Assembly (NCBI RefSeq): GCF_006345805.1
Contig: NW_021824693.1
Span: forward strand, 1 to 36,453
Origin: Octopus sinensis
Lineage: Eukaryota
Reading direction: 5' to 3'
Length of the DNA stretch: 36,453 nt
Shown here: piece after piece, positions 11,280 through 23,129 of the stretch
Numbering within the stretch: the stretch's first letter is position 1
How the letters are laid out: the number at the start of each line of letters is the position of its first letter
Made by a program: the position numbers and the translations under genes
Notes under the pieces: model-generated
Told to the model about the DNA's origin: nothing
Database searches by the model: none
Seen by the model: only the letters and a program-made list of their open reading frames with translations

Positions 11280-12340
11280 GAGGACAGACCAGCCAGTAAG
11301 AAATTGTCTTTTCACCTCTAAACACAACATGCATCTCCTTTTGTTATTAGTATAGTATTGTATTTTTCCAACAGCTTCTATTTTGATTTCATACCTTGCG
11401 ACTTTTCCTTCAACTGCTAAATGTGCTCGGAGTGTGTAGTGATGTTCTACTTCTGGAAGTTCCTTGAGGTTGCATTGTGTTTGTGTGGGCTCTTTATGAA
11501 TGGACTCTCCGCCAATCAAGTATAGCGCTTTATGTTGCACATATTGTGGCACACCTCCTGAACTGACTCCAGCTTCATACACAATGGCTTATTCTTTGCA
11601 GTGAACATTGAATGAGCAAGTAATGGTATTACTGAAACAATAACCAACCTCAGGGTTACGGTGAGCTCACGCCAAAACTTACTCAAGGAGACCGGAACTG
11701 TGTGCTTGCTGAAAGACTTCTTACACATGTGTGTAATGCGCAAGATTGGTGTTAATGTAGATGAGCTTTCTATTTGGCTTGTGGTCTGGTTTGTATGAGC
11801 TTAAACCTAAATCTATTACATCTAGGAAGCTGACAATGGTTGGGTTGTTTTGGAGGTGGGATACACAGCCCAAAGGGCTGGAAAACCTATCTTGGGTGCG
11901 TCTGTTGGCAGTCCTAGACACAGGATACACGATGTTCCTTTACAAACCAAACGGTTGAAGGGAACCACGTTTTGTTATTGCATGGTGTCTAATAATGATG
12001 CTCTTGAAGTCGACGCTGTTTAATGTCTCAATTCTTACGTCAAAGGAACCATTTTATCGGATCATGACACTCTAGTTAAACATTATTAACGAAATTACAA
12101 ATAAAAGGGACCTTGGTCAAAAACTCATTGGACATTGACGGATAAAAGACCACGCCGTTAGGCTAAGTAATTCCAGACCTATCCTTGGCGCCAACGTCGT
12201 TCTACAATGAAATCATGCCAACAGTACAACGTCAGTGAGCAAGTTCAGAATCTTTCCCAATACTGTTACAGATCAACCACTTTTTCTTTCAACCCAGACC
12301 CATAAGATACCCGTCTGATGATTGTGAAAATATAATATTC
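11280..12340 (-). mobile_element. Degenerate, internally deleted Penelope-like element (RT + GIY-YIG endonuclease)
   Basis: Minus-strand remnants in PLE order: VFYPSMSNEF (12150-12121, FYPSI motif); TIVSFLDVIDLGLSSYKPDHKPNRKLIYINTN (VNFLDV..YKPYRKPN..YIN); CVYEAGV..LYLIG..YEIK..YTNNKRRCMLCLEVK (GIY-YIG and the C-terminal KRCxLCL motif). Confidence 0.8.
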
Positions 12341-12436
12341 ATATGAAACTCTGAGTCATGGCAATCGTTTGTTAATATGATCACAATTCAACTATATTTG
12401 CATCTGTATACATATATATGTACACATATATATGCA

Positions 12437-12470
<34 letters not shown>

Positions 12471-12474
<4 letters not shown>

Positions 12475-12622
12475 TGAAATTTACAGAAAAACAAAAGACG
12501 AAGACAGGTGTATGAACAACAAGCAAGTGCATTAGTTTGACGCTCGGGAAAGTGAGAAAGTCTTTTACATTTCGAGCCTAAGCTCTTCAACAGAAAGGAA
12601 TATGAGAAAATAAACAGAGAGA
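12471..12622 (-). mobile_element. Solo copy of hammerhead-like family F
   Basis: Aligns with 9850-9998; CTTT-CTGTTGA-A-GAGC-ttag-GCTC-GAAAT-GTA-AAAG at 12598-12561; 3' end abuts (TA)n. Confidence 0.8.
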
Positions 12623-12939
12623 GAATTAAAAAAAAAGTGTGGATTTGGTGATCAAGCATGGCGACTGGTTGGGAAAAAAGGTTTGACATAAGTAGAAAGA
12701 AGGGAAGATAATATAGTATTGGTGATCCCAAGGTGAAGGTGCGCGTGCATGTGTGTGTATGTGAGTATGTGTAAGTATATGTGTGTATAGATATGGACTA
12801 GTGACTATGATGTGTGTGAGGTAGGTGGAGGGTATCAATGAAGAGAGAAGGTAAGTAGGAGTGAAGAGAAGAAGTAGGTGTCAGAGGGAGAGAGGAGGTG
12901 AATTGAGCCCATGTGGGGCAAAGGAGAGAAAAGAGAAGA

Positions 12940-12954
12940 TTAATTCCTATATAC

Positions 12955-13024
<70 letters not shown>

Positions 13025-13171
13025 ATATATATGCGTACACATAAACACACATATATATCTACATAAACATACGTACACATATACTTATACATGCACACAT
13101 ATGTATATATAAATACATGCATACACACATATACTATATATAAATGTGTGTTTGTGTGAGTGTGTGCATGC

Positions 13172-13205
<34 letters not shown>
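12940..13205. repeat. Compound (TA)n/(TG)n/(CA)n microsatellite region
   Basis: Directly visible. Confidence 0.9.
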
Positions 13206-13206
<1 letters not shown>

Positions 13207-13379
13207 AAGTGCCATATCGTCATTGAACTTTGCATGACTATGTGCACGCAGATGGCCGTTCAACCTAGCTTCTGTTCTGCAAGCACGTTCATAGATATCT
13301 GTCTCCCAGCATTCCGGACTGAATAATAAGTTCGTGTATGTAGGCGTAGGTATCAATAACAAGCAATGAAATTGAAAGC

Positions 13380-14760
13380 AAAGGCTTTGCCAGTGTTCTA
13401 TAACAAGTGCTATATCGCAAATTGCCTAGAAATGATCTTATGTAAATGAAGGTGTTACTGTACACCAACTGTGTATGGAATGCTAACGCTTCATTAATCC
13501 TTAACGATGTTGAGAAAAGAGAGGCGTGGTACATTTTATTAAGAAAAACTACTCACAGCGAAGAAAGGGATTGTGTAGAAAAAAAGAGGGATCGGATACT
13601 GATTTTAACGGATGCATAATCGAAGCAGCGATTAAGGTTATGGAAGTAAAAACAAAACTTTTGAATTATCAGGAATGAGGTGTTGAGGTGCTGAGTATGG
13701 AGTAGAGCATCAACCTAATTATTGGCATGGTCACCCACGGAGTACAGGTAGTATTATATTCAATGATTGACACTGGTACTCCGTCGGTCACAACGACTAG
13801 GATTCAAGTTGATCCGATCAACGGGACAACCTGCTCGTGAAATCAACGTGTAAGTGGCTGAGCACTCCACAGACAAGTGTACCTTAACGTTGTTCTCAGG
13901 GAGATTCAGCATGACACAGAGTGTGACAAGGCTGGCCCTTTGAAATACATGTACTACTCATTTTTACCAGCTGAGTGGAGTGGAACAATGTGAAAGGAGC
14001 ATCTTGCTCAAGGACACAACGCACCGCCAGGAATCGAACTCTCGACCTTTATATTGTAAGCGGAATACACTAATCACTAAGTCAGGCGCCTTATTGTACA
14101 ATGATTGGTACATCATCACCTGTTACAAGGATAAAATGAGATGATTCAGAAAGAAGCAACTACAGAGACAACAATCTAATGGAATATATCATGAAAGTAT
14201 CAGAAAGAGCTTTAGCACATCTATTCAAGAAGAGAATTAGTTCAGATGAGATGCAGTTCTGATGTTTACTAATACAGGGTACGTGCGTCAGTAATGCAGA
14301 CTTCCTAGTGAGACACCTACAAGGAAAGTTCTTTAGCTGTGAGTAAGCCACATTCTTAGGATCTGAAAAAAGCCTTTGTCATGGTACCGTGCTGTGTAGA
14401 CTCGTGGTCTATAAGAAAACAAGATGCAAAGAAATGGCTTATGAGATTTTCCTGTGGGAAAACCGTTAATAATCAGGTGAAGTGGTTACTGCAACTGAAT
14501 CTGTTGCAGATTTATAAAAGAAAGTAGAAACGTAGAAGCAAAGTCTATGAGACTTTAAGTAAATAGTCAAGAATAAAGCCGAAACGGGAAAGAAGACAAG
14601 ACTGAACTACCGTCTGAATGATGACCATGCACGATATATTGCAAAAGTGAAAGTAGAAAATTTATTTGGTGCATCCGTTGAAAACTATGGGTCCACAAGT
14701 TATTTGGGTATATTTGGATCAGCAGTAGACTGACAGTAAAGGAAGATATTATATGTAGCT
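13380..14760 (+). mobile_element. Degenerate RTE-clade LINE (pre-RT region and RT), interrupted by a SINE
   Basis: Plus-strand remnants NCVWNANASLILNDVEKREAW, AAIKVM, TCYKDK, ERSNYR, IMKVSER, LAHLFKKRISSDEMQF, FLVRHLQGKF, DLKKAF, TATESVADL, KLWVHK, collinear with RTE ORF order. Confidence 0.85.
13772..14090 (-). mobile_element. tRNA-derived SINE family D (tail type 1) nested in the RTE relic
   Basis: Minus head with GAGTTCGATTCC and core GTTGTGTCCTTGAGCAAG..CCACTCAGCTGG; CAATGATTG duplicated at 13761-13769 and 14099-14107. Confidence 0.85.
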
Positions 14761-15122
14761 GATTCATAGAAGTAGTGAACAGCGGGGACAACAGTTAAAT
14801 CAATGCTTTCATTTTTTTTGCAGACTCTACAGTTGATCAAGTTTGTAATGTGGGTGACCTAAATGCTAGTGGACATGAGCGGTCAGAAAACATAGTTGAC
14901 AGAATAAGGATCGGGTAGAAAGAATTAACTCCGCTGGCATCAAAAGTTTTCCCTGTTTGAGGGAAGAGTAGATTACATGTTACAAGAATAAGAAATGTGA
15001 ACTTCGAAGTAAATAAAAAAAATAGGCATTGAAAGCAAAGGGTATGCAAATGCTAGCGGAAATAAATCGAGCACAATTCGTTGTGTGTATGTATGTATGT
15101 GTATGTATATATATATATATCT

Positions 15123-15163
<41 letters not shown>

Positions 15164-15167
15164 TAAT

Positions 15168-15368
15168 CTTTTACTTGTTTATGTAATTTGACTGCGGACA
15201 TGCTGGGGCACCACCTTGAGGTAAAGGATTTTAGGACTTATTTTTTTTAAAGCCTGCTTTGCCGGACCGCTAGTTACAGGGACGTAAACACACCGACACT
15301 GGATTCACGCGGAGGAGGTGACAAATACAGACACGCGCAGATATACACACATACATACACAAACACCA

Positions 15369-15434
<66 letters not shown>

Positions 15435-15551
15435 ATATGTGTGTATATATATATATACGACGGGTTTATTTCGTTTTCTGTCTGTCAAATTTACTCACAA
15501 GGCTTTGGTTGACCCGAGGTTTTAGTAGAAAACACTTGCCCAAGATGCCAC
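15168..15551 (-). mobile_element. Composite SINE A/B (5'-truncated) with internal microsatellite
   Basis: A-part 15455-15551, internal (CA)/(TA)/(TG) tract, B-part 15168-15310; same order as 21636-22090 and 29041-29440. Confidence 0.8.
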
Positions 15552-16826
15552 TATTATGAAAAAACGTCTGTTGAGTAAAAGATCGCTGAGATATCCAAAC
15601 GAAAGATGGAACTCTGAAGAGTAAGACCAAGATAGACAGAGGAAGATATAGGCAGATGTGATGAAAACTAATTTCAGAATCTGAACTTTAGGGAAAAAAT
15701 GACAAGGAAATGTGACACATAGTGAGACACCATATCGTATAATACCTCTTACATCCATGCTAACACGGAAAAGCAGAAATAAAGATGGTGGCATAGACAT
15801 TGTGGCTACTTCCATCACCATTATCACCAACAATAGCACGTTGTCATTTACATTGCTATTATTAATTTATTCATGTATTAATTTATTGCTAATATTTATT
15901 GCTATTATCCTCATGCCCTTATGCTTTGTGTTGGAAATTATTAGAATTATGTTAATAATTATCAATAATTTGACCATTGACATTTTTTTTATTATCATTA
16001 CAATCACTTTAACTCCTGTTTATTGCCAGTAGTCTTCAACCTTGTTATCACATCACTCCATTCCACTGCACAATTTTTTATTGTCTTGTATTTTCACACA
16101 ATTTGTTGGTCTTCATTTCATTTTTATCAGCGCCAGAGTGTTGCGTCTCTCTTTAGCTATTCATTTATAATTTGACTTTTAGCGTTTCCTACATCGACCC
16201 GCTTGACCAGGCAATGCCAGGGCAGCATGCTGAGATCCTCTATGTGTGAATGTAAGCATATGGGTATATATATGTATGTGTATGTACGTATGTCTGTAGG
16301 GAATACGTAAACATGTATGTAACTTATGCAGTAGGAATTAAAACATGTCAAATTTAAGCATTTCTCCGTAGAGAAATACTTAAACAATGAAGAACACCCT
16401 TAATCCGGTTTCGAACCTTATTGGGTTCCCATCAGCGGTGTCTTCATCAATTTGACCAATTAAGATGCATAGCATGTAGCAATCATTTGGACACCTGTGC
16501 ACAAAGAAAATTTAGAATTTTCCCTCTTCATAAAATAAATGAAGAGAACTACCTTCTCCGGAAGGCAAAACAAGAATATTTCATAAGATTTCTGAGTCCG
16601 AAACTAAACCGGAAATAGTCAACAACAATTTTACTGAAAACAACTTCCACTATATATAATAACACGTGCTTGAAAACGTTAAGAACTGAAAGCGCTTGCA
16701 CATTTATAAAAGCAAAGGCTACACACATGTTGTGGAATCTCTTCCCAAAGATTAGTGTCTTTCGACTTACTAAAAAGGTTCTTTACTCAATCTTAACTCT
16801 CCGAGAAAAATCTCTCCAAATACATA

Positions 16827-16872
<46 letters not shown>

Positions 16873-16981
16873 ATATATATCTACACATATATATATATAT
16901 ATACTCACACACACACATATATATATATATATCTACACACACACACATATATATATATATATCTACACACACATATATATA

Positions 16982-17013
<32 letters not shown>

Positions 17014-17029
17014 GCGCACATACACACAC

Positions 17030-17270
17030 ACACGTGCTCCAGTTCATTCAGTTGTAAAAATGAGTTGCAATATCACTGGTGCCAAGCTGTATTGGCGGTT
17101 ACTTTTCCCTTGGACAACATCGATGGCATGGAGAGGTGGGGCTGGTATGCATGGGCAACTGTTGGTCTTCCATAAACAACCTAGCCTGAACTTGTGCCGC
17201 CTCGTGTATGGGGGGGGGGGGCTTTCTACGTGCAATTTCATGGTCGTTTATGTCCGAAGGCGGTCTTTAC
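17030..17270 (+). mobile_element. 5'-truncated SINE family D (tail type 2)
   Basis: Aligns to 18900-19140 (GGTGCCAAG..TTTCCCTTGGA..CTTCCATAAACAACCT..GTGCAAT..CCGAAGG). Confidence 0.8.
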
Positions 17271-17551
17271 TTCTTTAAAGTAGGTAATATAGGCCCAACT
17301 TTGCAGAAATTACCCACGGTGATATTTTTGGTGGGATGGCTGGCAATTTTAAGGAAGAAAAGCACGTCCTATATAGAGTGCTTTCTTTAGGTATGGACAC
17401 AGCGAGCACTTGCCCTGGGGCCTTATGGTTGTAAGGGTCCTATTCTGACCTATGTATATTGTTGCTGGATGGCAATACATAAATGCTATAGAACCCAGTG
17501 ACTGGCTCAGTAATCTCAGTGGTTCTAGTGCTCCAATTCGAATCTACGTCC

Positions 17552-17708
17552 GTATGCTGTGGATTACTATCAATTAATAAATACGACTGAGCCGAGTGCA
17601 TTGATTTGCCCAGGGATCTCACAGGTCTCAGTGTTTAAATCTGATGTATGCTATGGATTACTGTCAATAAATAATACTATAGGGTCCAATGTATTGATTT
17701 GCCCAGGG
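17552..17708 (+). repeat. Two diverged direct repeats, ~93 bp period
   Basis: GTATGCT(G/A)TGGATTACT..TTGATTTGCCCAGGGA occurs at 17552-17616 and 17645-17708. Confidence 0.7.
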
Positions 17709-18209
17709 ACCTATGATATTGTTAAAACATGCTTGCTTATATGACCTCAAATACAGTAATCGTGTCTCTAGTGTGACAAGTAATTAAAAAATATTTTTCC
17801 TTCCTTCCTTTGTTGCCACCCTTGCTTCTGTCTGGTTAAACAACGCTTACCGACCGCATCCCAATACGGATATTGCCTTTATTCATTACGTTAGTACTTA
17901 ATGCAAAGAAAATATCCAACTCTTATACATATATATAGTGTCTATTCTTAAAAGCTATTGCTGCTGGATTCGAATATTAGAATAATCTGTCATGTCACTA
18001 TTGTACCGAGTTTGAAGATGTGTTTACGCATTGAAACCATTCATGTCAAAGAAATGGATTTCACAATGTATGTGCTAGGGAGTTTTGTATTGTCTGCACA
18101 GCAGGAACAGCTACCGGATTATGTACACGTTAATATACAGAAGTTAGAAGCAACAGAGACTGGATAATGATAGTATTATCTATAGAAAACTGATCTGGGA
18201 AATTTTTCT

Positions 18210-18275
18210 CAGGGGCACCTTCTGCACGAAGAATATATAGTTCACTATATATTCTTCGTGCAGAAGATGCCCCTG
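18210..18275. repeat. Near-perfect palindrome, 32-bp arms
   Basis: CAGGGGCACCTTCTGCACGAAGAATATATAGT-tc-ACTATATATTCTTCGTGCAGAAGATGCCCCTG, one mismatch. Confidence 0.95.
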
Positions 18276-18821
18276 ATAGAAAAAAGAATGTAGGGAATCA
18301 ATGAAAAATTACTCCAAGAATAAGAAAACACCAACCGTGTTAATGAAACTTTTATCAAGAACTGCATGAAAGAGAAATTGATTATAAAATCTTATCTTTG
18401 CTGTTTACGCTGACAATACAATAAACTATCGACATTATTAGACTTCATTAGTAATGCATAGTCTTGCAAGTTCATATTGGATCTTCATTTGGCTTGAGAG
18501 CATAGAGTCGAACGTTAAAGAGAAAACGAAGTTGACAGAATACAGCTCTAGAGATCACGGTTACAACACACACTATGATAGTAAGGTCTGGCAAACGAAG
18601 GTACGATTCCAGATAATGGATGCCACTGGGTGGAGGTCAATGGCAAGTATCTTAGTTGGAAATATTTACCGACAAACATTATCGAAGATTTTCAATTTTT
18701 TTTACTGAGTAACACTTTTTTTTTTACAGAACATTGCAAGCGTATAATCTGTGATATGAAATGTAAGTGGTGACCAGTAAGTCAAATCCTTCTGATACTT
18801 TACACGTGGTCATTAACTTTA

Positions 18822-19145
18822 CATGGCTCAGTGGTTAGAGCGTCGAGCTCACAGTCATAACTTCGATTCCCGGTCCGGTGTGTTGTGTTCTTGAGCAAGA
18901 CACTTTATTTCACGTTGCTCCACTTCACTCAGCTGTAGAAATGAGTTGCGACGTCATTGGTGCCAAGTTGTATCGGCCTTTGCCTTTCCCTTGGATAACA
19001 TCGGTGACGTGGAAAATGGAGGCTGATATGCATGGGTGACTGCTAGTCTTCCATAAACAACCTGGCCCGGACCCATGCCTCAGAGGGGAACATTCTAGGT
19101 GCAATCTCATGGTCCTTTATGACCGAAGGGGGATCTCGTCGGTCA
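18822..19145 (+). mobile_element. tRNA-derived SINE family D (tail type 2)
   Basis: A-box TGGCTCAGTGG, partial B-box TTCGATTCC, core GTTGTGTTCTTGAGCAAGACACTTTATTTCACGTTGCTCC..CACTCAGCTG. Confidence 0.85.
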
Positions 19146-19359
19146 TTAACAGATAAAAAGACGGTGAAGAGAGAGTGGAAGGGCGAGGGAGAAAGAGGGG
19201 GATATATATATACACACACATATACATGTACATATGTCACAGTCTAACACTCCTCACTCACACTCCACATGTTTACGCAGATATATACACTTATATTACC
19301 CATACATTACATATATACATATATTCGCATATATATGTATATATATATTCGCATAAGCA

Positions 19360-19397
<38 letters not shown>

Positions 19398-19582
19398 AGG
19401 GGAAAAGAGAGGAGGACCAGGGTAGGAGAGAAATATAAAAAAACCTACTCCCACTCGTAGCTCAGAACCACTTTTACGATGAGCTCTAAGTGAAGTTCAG
19501 AACTGAAAACTTGGTAGACTCGACTTCTTAGAAGCCAACACACTATACACACGTATTTGCTTACACAAATACTTACAAATCC

Positions 19583-19646
<64 letters not shown>

Positions 19647-20360
19647 CAAATACACAAATACACACATACACGTACCTAGAAACTGCACATTTACAAAGCC
19701 TATATATAGAAGCAAATTAAAATAACCTGTATATATATATATATATTTCGGTCTTATAAAATTAAACAAAGGATTCAGATAAATTTTAGAAGATAATCGT
19801 CATTACTTTTCTTAACAATACCACGGATGCTTTATACGTATCTTACTTTAACTCGATATTCAAAACCAACCAGACAAAATATTGTCGCAAAATCTTTGTC
19901 TTCCATATTACTACAGGTATATAAGATCAGACCAGACCAGACCAGAAATTTTATTGATATCATGATATAATTATATCATATGACACGAAGCAAATTAAAA
20001 TATTGTTAGTAGCTACTTACCTTCATATCAGCCTGGTTATTATTAGACTCGGTATTCGCTTCTCATTGTCTTGTGGAACAAAGAAATATTGAAAACATCA
20101 AACCGTGATAGAGTCCTCACTGACAGCTGTGTATTCCAACCGTTTCGTGACGTTTCGCCCAGCGTTTCTCTATGACTTTTCACTCGCGCACTCACACGCG
20201 CAATCACATGCGCTAAGACACACTATTTTATTCTATCTTTTGCTCATGTTATAATCTTTCTTATACTCTCTCTCTGTCTCTGTCTGTCAGTTTCTCTGTC
20301 TGTCTCTCTCGCTCACTGTATCTTACTTTCTTCTTGTTTGCACGTTTCTGAGTGCGAACA

Positions 20361-20598
20361 TTATACACACACAACACACACACACATACATACATATATA
20401 TATATATATATACACGCACATACATACATAAATACACACGTACATACATACATACATACATATATATATACACACGCACATACATACATAAATACACACA
20501 TACATACATACATGCACACATACATACATACATACATACATACATACATACATACACGCACATACATACATACATACATACATACATACATACATACA

Positions 20599-20634
<36 letters not shown>

Positions 20635-20660
20635 CACACACACACACACACACATATACA
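20361..20660. repeat. (CATA)n/(CA)n microsatellite
   Basis: Directly visible; explains the MYVC/HTYI ORFs. Confidence 0.95.
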
Positions 20661-20664
20661 TGTG

Positions 20665-21540
20665 CAAGGGTTGGACAAAATAATGGAAACGCATTAAAAT
20701 TTCAATCAGATTATTTTTCTATGCTGTAGGACCGTCTTTGGCAGTAATTACAGCTTGAATTCTACGAGGTATGGACTAGTACTAAGTTTGGTTTCCAAAG
20801 GAATTTTTGTCCATTCTTCAGCTAAAACAGTCTCCAGTTCTTGTAGTGATGATGGTGGAGGATATCGACTCCTTACTTGCTTTTCTATAATGCACCAATA
20901 AATGTTCAATGATATTGAGATCTGGGGACTGTGGTGGCCAGATAAGATGTTCAACTTCACTAGAATGTTCCTCGTGCCATTCTGTAACAACTTTAGCTGT
21001 GTGAATCCGTGCATTATCATCCTGCAAGATTGCGTTTACCTCTGGAAACAGTTCCGCAACCATATGATGAATTTGATCAAATAAAATGCTTAAATAGTCT
21101 TGACTATTAATTCCGCCATGAAGAAAAATTATTGAGTCGGCAGATTTCCAAGATATATCCTCCCAGATCATCACAGATCCTTCTCCATGTTTAACTGCTG
21201 GAAGAAGGCAGTCTGGGTCAAATACTTCTTTTGGCTGTCTCCACACGTATATTAAGCCGGTGGTTGGAAATAAGGTAAAGGATGACTTGTCCGAGAAAAT
21301 AACATTCTTCCACTGTTCTAGGGACCAATTCTGTATGTTTTCACTCCACTCTAAAGGCTTTGCAACGTTTGTTTTTGAAAGTAGTGGTTTTCTGATTGTA
21401 GCCCTCCCGTGAAATCTGAATTTGTGCAACTCCCGGCGAACTGTTTTTGTGGAAACTGGGTTCCCGAGGTACTCATTAAGCTCTGCAGTAATTTTGGGAG
21501 CTGTACTTTTGTATTTATCTATCACACCTCCCTTTCTCAT
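20665..21540 (-). mobile_element. 5'-truncated Tc1-like DNA transposon, DD36E transposase pseudogene with one TIR
   Basis: ORF 21540-20818 has VSTKTVRRELH, WKNVIFSDKS, VKHGEGSVMIW, LQDDNA and WPPQSPDLNIIE; frameshifted continuation EKQVRSRYPPPSSLQELE..SIPRRIQAVITAKDGPTA*; TIR-like CAAGGGTTGGACAAAATAATGGAAAC at 20665-20690; no matching second TIR seen. Confidence 0.95.
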
Positions 21541-21635
21541 TTATAAACACAAGAATATTATTATAGTAGATTATCTCGGTAACCATGGGAGCTATGAAAA
21601 AATACAAAGCGTGTGTTTTTTATATTCTTTTATTC

Positions 21636-21857
21636 TTTTACTTGTTTCAGTTATTTGACTGCAGCTATGTCGGAACATCACCTTAAAACTTATTTATTCG
21701 AAGAAATGGAACCCAGGGCCTATTCTTTATGAGACCTGTACTTATTCTATCTGTTTTTTTTTTTTTGTAGAATCCCTAGGTTACGGGGACGTAATCACAC
21801 CAAGATCAGTTGTCAAGCGATGGCAGGTTGAGAAACACAGACACAAAGACGCACACA

Positions 21858-21926
<69 letters not shown>

Positions 21927-22090
21927 GACAGGCTTCTTTCAGTTTCCATCTACCAAATCGACTCACAAAGCTTTGGTCGGTTCCTGGCTATAGTAGAAGA
22001 CACTGGCCGAAGGTGTCACGCAGTGGGACTGAACCCGGACCATGTGGTTGAGAAGCAAGCTTCTTACCAAACAGCCATTCCTGCGCCTAC
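21636..22090 (-). mobile_element. Composite SINE A/B with internal (TA)/(TG) microsatellite
   Basis: tRNA-like head 22090-22010, A body to 21922, microsatellite 21921-21850, B body and tail 21835-21636. Confidence 0.85.
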
Positions 22091-22721
22091 GTATGCGCAT
22101 AATTTTTGAAATCTATGGCGAATGCTTGTGATAAATTATACAATTCATTATCATTCTGATTTCTGTCAAACGATTTCGAATTGACGATGTTCTCAGGGGC
22201 ATTTTTTCTCCGTGAATGCTTACTGTGTAGTAAAGACAGCGCTTACATAATGTCTTCAATTCCTGTTCTCCTCCTGTATTATTCTTAGTTATGTTTTACT
22301 TTTATGTATTACCTCGTGCTCTTTGATCGATTACACAAAATATTACTATATTATACTTCTGTGTATTGTAGACTCTTTCTCGTTCCATTTAGTGTAGAAG
22401 TGCACAGTTTATAGTATAGAGAAAATAATTATGATTTTGTTAGGTTAATTTCATTAGACTGCTTGAAGGAAGGCGCTCTAACAATATCCTTCGTAGGCAC
22501 TCCATAAGCTTTGTGATCGTCGTGAGTAAGGGATCGTTTTGAACAGCTGTAGGTGTAAAGAAGGAACTTTAAAACACCAAAGATCTTCTAAGAGACCCGA
22601 ATGGTGTAACCAAGGAAGGTCCACGAGGTCTGAATATTTGAGTCTGTTAAGAGAACTCGAACGGAGGTGGAACGAAATGAAATCAACTACAACTGAGGAA
22701 CAAGGGCCATTGAAATAGTGT

Positions 22722-22724
<3 letters not shown>

Positions 22725-22786
<62 letters not shown>

Positions 22787-22810
22787 TAGAGAGAAAGAGA
22801 GAGAGAGGGG
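22725..22810. repeat. (GA)n microsatellite
   Basis: Directly visible. Confidence 0.95.
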
Positions 22811-22814
22811 GGAG

Positions 22815-23060
22815 TAGTTGTTAACATGGTATCTGGGGGTGAGCAGATAAGAATGGACAACAAGAGGGGAGAGTGGGGAATGTCTGAGTGGAAATTGCAT
22901 AAGGCCAACCAGTGCAGCGGATCAGAGGCTAACATAGCGATAGAAATTAGAGCAAGGTGGAAGAGCATACGCCTGGTCAAAATTGTCGTGAAGTGGTAAC
23001 TTCATGCCAATCAGCAGGGTAAATCTTTCATTGGATCCGGTGTGTGATGTCTGCTGTTTA
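22815..23060 (+). mobile_element. Degenerate RTE-clade LINE fragment downstream of the RT core
   Basis: Remnants VV..YLG..QI and SGSEANIAIEIRARWKS resemble RTE EVV.SFCYLGD.IS.GGG.E....RIR.GW.KF. Confidence 0.5.
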
Positions 23061-23129
23061 GGAAAGATGAAGTAATTTTGGGTCTTCAAAAGGATGGCCA
23101 TTTTTTTTACCTGATACCACTGTTACTGG

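Noticed and set aside
16590-16612. CTGAG-TCC-GAAAC as another hammerhead
   Set aside because: No room for a full core or stem II.
19468-19512. ACGATGAGCTC..GAAAAC as a hammerhead
   Set aside because: No consistent stem I, stem II or cleavage triplet.
20818-21540. Active or domesticated transposase
   Set aside because: N-terminal DNA-binding region and second TIR are missing, there are frameshifts after the catalytic E, and conserved motifs are substituted (SDKS, WEDIS).
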